Positions 59,405 through 64,000 of a stretch of 64,000 nt of DNA are shown here, piece after piece. The stretch covers positions 1,280,001 to 1,344,000 of the forward strand of contig OY970209.1 in the NCBI GenBank assembly GCA_963713855.1. Direction: 5' to 3'. The notes below the pieces were generated by a model. The model made no database searches. It was not told the origin of the DNA and saw nothing but the letters and a program-made list of their open reading frames with translations. A program made the position numbers and the translations under genes. Numbering within the stretch: the stretch's first letter is position 1; each line of letters starts with the position of its first letter. The DNA comes from an uncultured bacterium. GTDB taxonomy: Bacteria > Babelota > Babeliae > Babelales > Babelaceae.

Positions 59405-60331
59405 ATGATTAAAAAACAAATTGGGGGTCCCTCTGTGAAAACTCTGGCTATACCATCATGGATTATCATACTTTTGACGTGCTCGAGCGGGTTTGTAGAT
59501 GCAATCCCAGCAAATGCACGTTTTCGATCCCCCTATCATTCATTGATTTTCCTTCAACGCTTTGTTAACCGTGGCATAAACAGAAAGCGGTTGGGGAATA
59601 ACGTTAATCTGGGCCAATTTTTGATAATGCGTTGTGCGCTAGAAGATTTTATATGGCAATTAAAAAGCCCAAGCTATCAAATAAGCGGCGTATCACAAAA
59701 AATACTCAGTAATTTTGGACTCGTCGACCAAGAAGGGAAAATCAAACCATCTTTGAGACAAAAATTATACGATATACAAAATCCTTCGGCCGAAGCCGTA
59801 AAGCTGGCTCTAAAGGCAAATAATCCTTATGACTACGAACTTTTTAAAACGGTTCTTGATATTTACTACAGCATTATAAGCAATAAAGGAAAACCTATCC
59901 CCGTCCCTGTTTTTTGGTCAGGTCAAACAGCACAGGGCATCTTTCTCAGATTTTACGATGGGCTTCCCCGCTCACTACAAACCCCCTGGGGCATGCTAAA
60001 CTTGGATAGCAATGAACCTGAATGGAAAGAGTTTTTGCAAATATCTGATAGTGCAAAAGACATACCATTTTCAATTGCAGTAAAACCTCTCCTTCATAAA
60101 CTTGCGTTATCTTTCTGCGGCTATGAACTATGGAATAATCCGATATATAAGATTACGCAATTTGATGGTCAACTTCTTCCAAAGGCTATCCGAGCCGATG
60201 AACATGAATCAACTTTAGAAGAAATTGAAAAAGCATGGGATTATTTAATCTCGCGCTACAATGGAGAAAATAGCTATTTTAATCGCCTAATAAAGTATTT
60301 CCGTCCTGATGCACCGAGGGTAAAACACTAG
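59405..60331 (+). CDS. Secreted hypothetical protein
   Basis: 308 aa ORF with a signal-like segment. True start may be the GTG at 59435. Confidence 0.65.
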   Translation: MIKKQIGGPSVKTLAIPSWIIILLTCSSGFVDAIPANARFRSPYHSLIFLQRFVNRGINRKRLGNNVNLGQFLIMRCALEDFIWQLKSPSYQISGVSQKILSNFGLVDQEGKIKPSLRQKLYDIQNPSAEAVKLALKANNPYDYELFKTVLDIYYSIISNKGKPIPVPVFWSGQTAQGIFLRFYDGLPRSLQTPWGMLNLDSNEPEWKEFLQISDSAKDIPFSIAVKPLLHKLALSFCGYELWNNPIYKITQFDGQLLPKAIRADEHESTLEEIEKAWDYLISRYNGENSYFNRLIKYFRPDAPRVKH

Positions 60332-60416
60332 ATCAACGTAAATTAGAGACACCCTTGTGAAAGGCTTGTTGAGAGTGCTAAGGTAAAGCCATAAAAACGC
60401 CAACTTTCCATGGAAT

Positions 60417-62918
60417 ATGAAATACTCTCAATTTGCAAAAAGCTCGGTGCCTGACATTGAGGAAAGCTTAAAAACTTCAACTACAAAAGGGCTGAGCACA
60501 CAAGAAGCGCTCGAAAGACAAAAACGATACGCCACGCATACGCTAGAAACAAAATCATCGTTTTGGTTTCCACTTTTAGTAAGACGCATTGCTTCGCCAT
60601 TCATGTATCTTTTAGCCGTTGCAGCCGTTATATCATTATTATTAGGCGATCTTACCAATAGCATCATTATAGGTATCATTATTCTTATTCATGGCGTATT
60701 AGGCTTTATCCAGGAATACCGTGCCGAAAAAGCAGCGCGTCTTCTTGCGTCCTATATAATTTCGACTGCACGCGTTATACGGGACTCAAAAATTTTGGTC
60801 ATACCAAGCAAAAACGTCGTTCCCGGAGACATAATTCTTTTAGAGCCAGGTGATCGAATTGCAGCTGATATACGCCTTGCAGAAGCTTCAAATTTGAGCA
60901 TAGACGAGTCCGCCTTAACCGGGGAATCTCAACCGGTCGCTAAAAGCTTAACGGGAGACGTGATGGCTTTTTTAGGTACGTCGGTCATAAGCGGCACGGG
61001 TAAAGGTATAATTATAGCCACGGGCTCTGACACCGTCTTTGGAGAAATTAGTGCATTGACGCTCGTTACACCCCATGAAAGCAGCTTTCAGCAGTATTTG
61101 ACGGGCTTAAGCACATTTCTAATAAAGCTTATCATTGTAATGCTTTGCATAGTCTTTCTCATTAACCTCATCTTAAAAGGTGACGCTATTAACATTATGC
61201 AGCTTCTTCTCTTTTGTGTAGCGTTGGCTATTAGCGTTACGCCTGAAGCATTGCCCATCGTCACAACATTCGCCTTGACGCAGGGTGCTCTAGAGCTTGC
61301 TCGACATAAAGTTATTGTAAAACGGCTTTCATCTATTGAAGATTTAGGAAGCATTACGCTTTTGTGCACCGATAAAACAGGCACTTTAACCGAAAACCAA
61401 TTGAAGGTCATAGAAATTCTGCCCTTTAAAAACCAAGACCCGCTTCTTTTAGCTTCTATCTCTACCGATATTTCTAAAACAACGAATAGTTTTGAAATTG
61501 CAGCATATCAAGCTTTATCTGAAGAAAAGAAAAAAGAATACGCCACTTTTTCAGTCATTGAGACAATACCCTTTGATGCTGTTCACCGGTTGACGAGTAA
61601 AATGGTCCAATCGAGCATGGGAAGGTTTCTCATCGTAAAAGGCTCACTGGAAGAAGTACTTGCTCGTTGCATAAATGGTGATGAAGATGAGCTTAAAAAG
61701 CTTAAAGATTGGGACGCCGCGCATGCTTTAAAAGGAGAGCGTGTACTTGCTGTGGCTATAAAAAAACTCTCAGGTGTTGAGAGCGCAAAAGATGAGGGTG
61801 GCCTAAATCTCGTGGGACTTATCGCTTTTGAAGATCCGCTTAAAAAAACCGTGCCTTACGCACTTTCAAGAGCATCGCAGCTTGGTATTAACATTAAGAT
61901 ACTTACGGGAGATTCGGCCCAGGTTGCCGGCGCTGTCGCTTATAAGCTTGGCCTTATTACAAATCCAGAGCATGTCATGGATGGTACGACACTTGCTGCA
62001 CTAGTTTCCGAAAAAAAGCATCAAGCTATGAGGGAATACACTGTTTTTGCACGAGTGACTCCTGAACAAAAACATGAATTAGTAGAGCATTTTAAGCAGT
62101 CGGAAATTGTTGGCTTTCTCGGCGATGGTATTAATGATGCCCCGGCGCTTAAAGCTGCCGACGTCGGTATAGTGGTCAGTCAGGCTAGTGACATAGCTCG
62201 TAGCGCCGCTGACATTATACTGGTCAAAAAAAGCTTATCGATCATCATAGATGGAATTGAAATAGGTAGAACTATTTTTGCAAACACTGTTAAGTACATC
62301 AAAACAACGCTCTCTTCAAATCTTGGAAATTTTTACTCAATCGCTATTGCATCAATTGTTATGGATTTCTTACCCATGCTGCCAATTCAAATACTGCTTT
62401 TAAACCTTCTTTCTGATGCTCCAATGATCGCAATAGCTACAGATACGGTAGACCCTTCATCCCTTAAGCGACCTGTTAATTACACTCTTAAAGATATAGC
62501 ATTCCAAGCTGCGCTTTTTGGAATTATTAGCTCTCTTTTTGATTTTATTATTTTCGGGCTTTTTAAACGTTCTCCGCATGCAGAGCTTCAGACAGCCTGG
62601 TTTTTAGAAAACATTCTCTGCCAGCTCTCTTTTATTTTTCTCATTCGTACCACTTTGCCATTTTATAAAGGCGTTCGCCCATCAAAATTTCTTATACTTC
62701 TTTCACTCGTAACAGGAGTCGTAAGTATCGCACTAACCTTTACACACTTCGGGCAAACATTCTTTTTCTTTCAAAAACCAACTCAACAAATGTTATTGGC
62801 CGTAACGCTCGTCTGCATAGCCTATTTCATCGTTACTGAAATGGTAAAAGTCTGGTATTTCAGCACACAAAAAAAGTACTTACCTCTACAAAGGCCTGTG
62901 CATAAAAAATTTCACTAA
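60417..62918 (+). CDS. P-type ATPase, probably Mg2+-importing (MgtA-like)
   Basis: LTGES, TPEALP, DKTGTLT, TGD, GDGINDAPAL. IKTTLSSNLGN and QILLLNLLSD favour the P3B/MgtA type. Confidence 0.85.
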   Translation: MKYSQFAKSSVPDIEESLKTSTTKGLSTQEALERQKRYATHTLETKSSFWFPLLVRRIASPFMYLLAVAAVISLLLGDLTNSIIIGIIILIHGVLGFIQEYRAEKAARLLASYIISTARVIRDSKILVIPSKNVVPGDIILLEPGDRIAADIRLAEASNLSIDESALTGESQPVAKSLTGDVMAFLGTSVISGTGKGIIIATGSDTVFGEISALTLVTPHESSFQQYLTGLSTFLIKLIIVMLCIVFLINLILKGDAINIMQLLLFCVALAISVTPEALPIVTTFALTQGALELARHKVIVKRLSSIEDLGSITLLCTDKTGTLTENQLKVIEILPFKNQDPLLLASISTDISKTTNSFEIAAYQALSEEKKKEYATFSVIETIPFDAVHRLTSKMVQSSMGRFLIVKGSLEEVLARCINGDEDELKKLKDWDAAHALKGERVLAVAIKKLSGVESAKDEGGLNLVGLIAFEDPLKKTVPYALSRASQLGINIKILTGDSAQVAGAVAYKLGLITNPEHVMDGTTLAALVSEKKHQAMREYTVFARVTPEQKHELVEHFKQSEIVGFLGDGINDAPALKAADVGIVVSQASDIARSAADIILVKKSLSIIIDGIEIGRTIFANTVKYIKTTLSSNLGNFYSIAIASIVMDFLPMLPIQILLLNLLSDAPMIAIATDTVDPSSLKRPVNYTLKDIAFQAALFGIISSLFDFIIFGLFKRSPHAELQTAWFLENILCQLSFIFLIRTTLPFYKGVRPSKFLILLSLVTGVVSIALTFTHFGQTFFFFQKPTQQMLLAVTLVCIAYFIVTEMVKVWYFSTQKKYLPLQRPVHKKFH

Positions 62919-63008
62919 AGCGAAATTTACATCTGGTAAAATATAGACAGAAATCAATACATTTTTTATACTAGTGAGCAGTTTCTATCTCTTAGTTAAG
63001 GAGAATCA

Positions 63009-63674
63009 ATGAAAGTAGCGGTATCCTTTTTTCTTCTTCTAGTCATCTTTACGAACACAAAACCAATGGAGTAATCGGCTAACCAAAACGAGGAAAATGA
63101 TCTTATTTCTCAGCTTCCAGAAGAAGTACTTTTAGCACTTCAGTCACAAATGTCTAGTGATGACGCATTAGCGTTCAGCATGTGCAATTCAATAATACGC
63201 CGTGCTTTATTACGTGAGATATTTAGAGATAGGTTAAACATCCTCACTGAAAATGCTTTTGGAGCCGTAACTCAAGAACTCGCTGATGATGGTAATGAAA
63301 ATCCGGTCAGAGTTATGACACGAAATAATTTCGATCGTATCTTCCAAGCATTTGCTCTCGATCAAACTTCTAATGACCAAAATCTTCAATTACTCATATC
63401 CCTTTTGGGCCGCGATTTTGTTGCTCAATTGCCAATGACGACCTACAGAGTGGGAAGTATTCATTCATGGGAAGGGTTACTTAATCGGCTCATCGGTTAC
63501 ATAGGTAACAATGAACAGTCAGAACTATCTACTGCATGGGCGCTTACCATAGCACCAGCTTACAATCATAACGACTTAAACTCACAAACTATTCATGATT
63601 TGGCAGCAATTCTTGCGGGCATGCTAGTCCGTTTCCTTTTACTACCTTCACCAAGCTTATCTATAAAAAGATAG
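63009..63674 (+). pseudogene. Secreted F-box protein interrupted by one in-frame TAA (pseudogene or sequence error)
   Basis: AAGGAG RBS, ATG at 63009, MKVAVSFFLLLVIFTNTKPME*(63072..63074)SANQNEENDLISQLPEEVLLALQSQMSSDDALAFSMCNSIIRR. In frame with ORF 63150..63674. Confidence 0.75.
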
Positions 63675-63697
63675 CACACAAAGTACAATCGCTAGAG

Positions 63698-63734
63698 TGC
63701 ACAAGGCTTTTTTTAAAAGAGAAAGCCTTGTGCA
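63698..63734 (+). terminator. Stem-loop terminator
   Basis: TGCACAAGGCTTT ... AAAGCCTTGTGCA perfect 13-bp inverted repeat followed by TTTT. Confidence 0.7.
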
Positions 63735-63809
63735 TTTTCAAAAACACTCTTGACAATTTTTTCACGAATTTATTAATATTAATATTAGTAATTAATTGGA
63801 GATTTACCT

Positions 63810-64000
63810 ATGAAAAAATGCGGAGCAATTTTGTTTTCAATAAGCTGTCTCATCCTCGTAAACACCTATGAAGCAACGGGCAGGCGAAGTAAACACACAA
63901 GCTCAACAATTTCTTGCAGCAATGGAATTTGTACCAAAACCTCATCTAGATGTGATGAAGGTGCCTGTATGACAGAAATTTGCGTTGACGGCAAATGTAG
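63810..64000 (+). CDS. Small secreted Cys-rich protein, partial (runs off the right edge)
   Basis: GGAG RBS and TTGACA at 63750. Translates to MKKCGAILFSISCLILVNTYEATGRRSKHTSSTISCSNGICTKTSSRCDEGACMTEICVDGKC... Confidence 0.65.
   Translation, partial: MKKCGAILFSISCLILVNTYEATGRRSKHTSSTISCSNGICTKTSSRCDEGACMTEICVDGKC

Noticed and set aside
63072..63074. Stop-codon reassignment or programmed readthrough
   Set aside because: TAA ends many clear genes here (glyQS, tsf, frr, rpmH), so a nonsense mutation or sequence error is more likely.

Overview
Bacterial chromosomal window of roughly 40% GC by eye. The gene content points to a host-dependent intracellular bacterium, most likely Candidatus Dependentiae (Babelota/TM6); this is an inference, not a database result. 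Housekeeping genes are dnaA, glyQS, ktr/trk K+ uptake, rplU, tsf-pyrH-frr, a tig-like gene, trxB, rpmH-rnpA, pheS, tlyA, rpiB, a lolC/E-like permease, pstS, an MgtA-like ATPase, and five tRNAs (Arg-CCT, Arg-TCG, Lys-CTT, Leu-TAG, Phe-GAA). Between them sit many signal-peptide-bearing orphan proteins that look like host-directed effectors. The strongest candidate for an undescribed system is a Sec-type signal-peptide effector set aimed at host SCF ubiquitin ligases. It comprises two tandem ankyrin proteins with a signal peptide, a Met-Glu-Glu predicted mature N-terminus, an SV40-like NLS and a C-terminal F-box-like motif, plus an N-terminal F-box gene hidden by one in-frame TAA. Several secreted proteins share a Met right after the predicted cleavage site. 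Other highlights: two type-I-membrane beta-propeller proteins with exactly 21 and 14 repeats, a Cys1-less Hint protein, a caspase-clan-like protease, two secreted kinase-like proteins, a membrane-anchored TrxR-Trx fusion, and a decayed YafQ-type toxin-antitoxin pair. A degenerate copy of the HtrA protease gene is split by an inserted gene between two tRNA-Arg genes. The ORF track misses the >833 aa ORF running off the left edge, rpmH and a Cys-rich ORF at the right edge. No CRISPR array, rRNA, transposase or integrase was seen.
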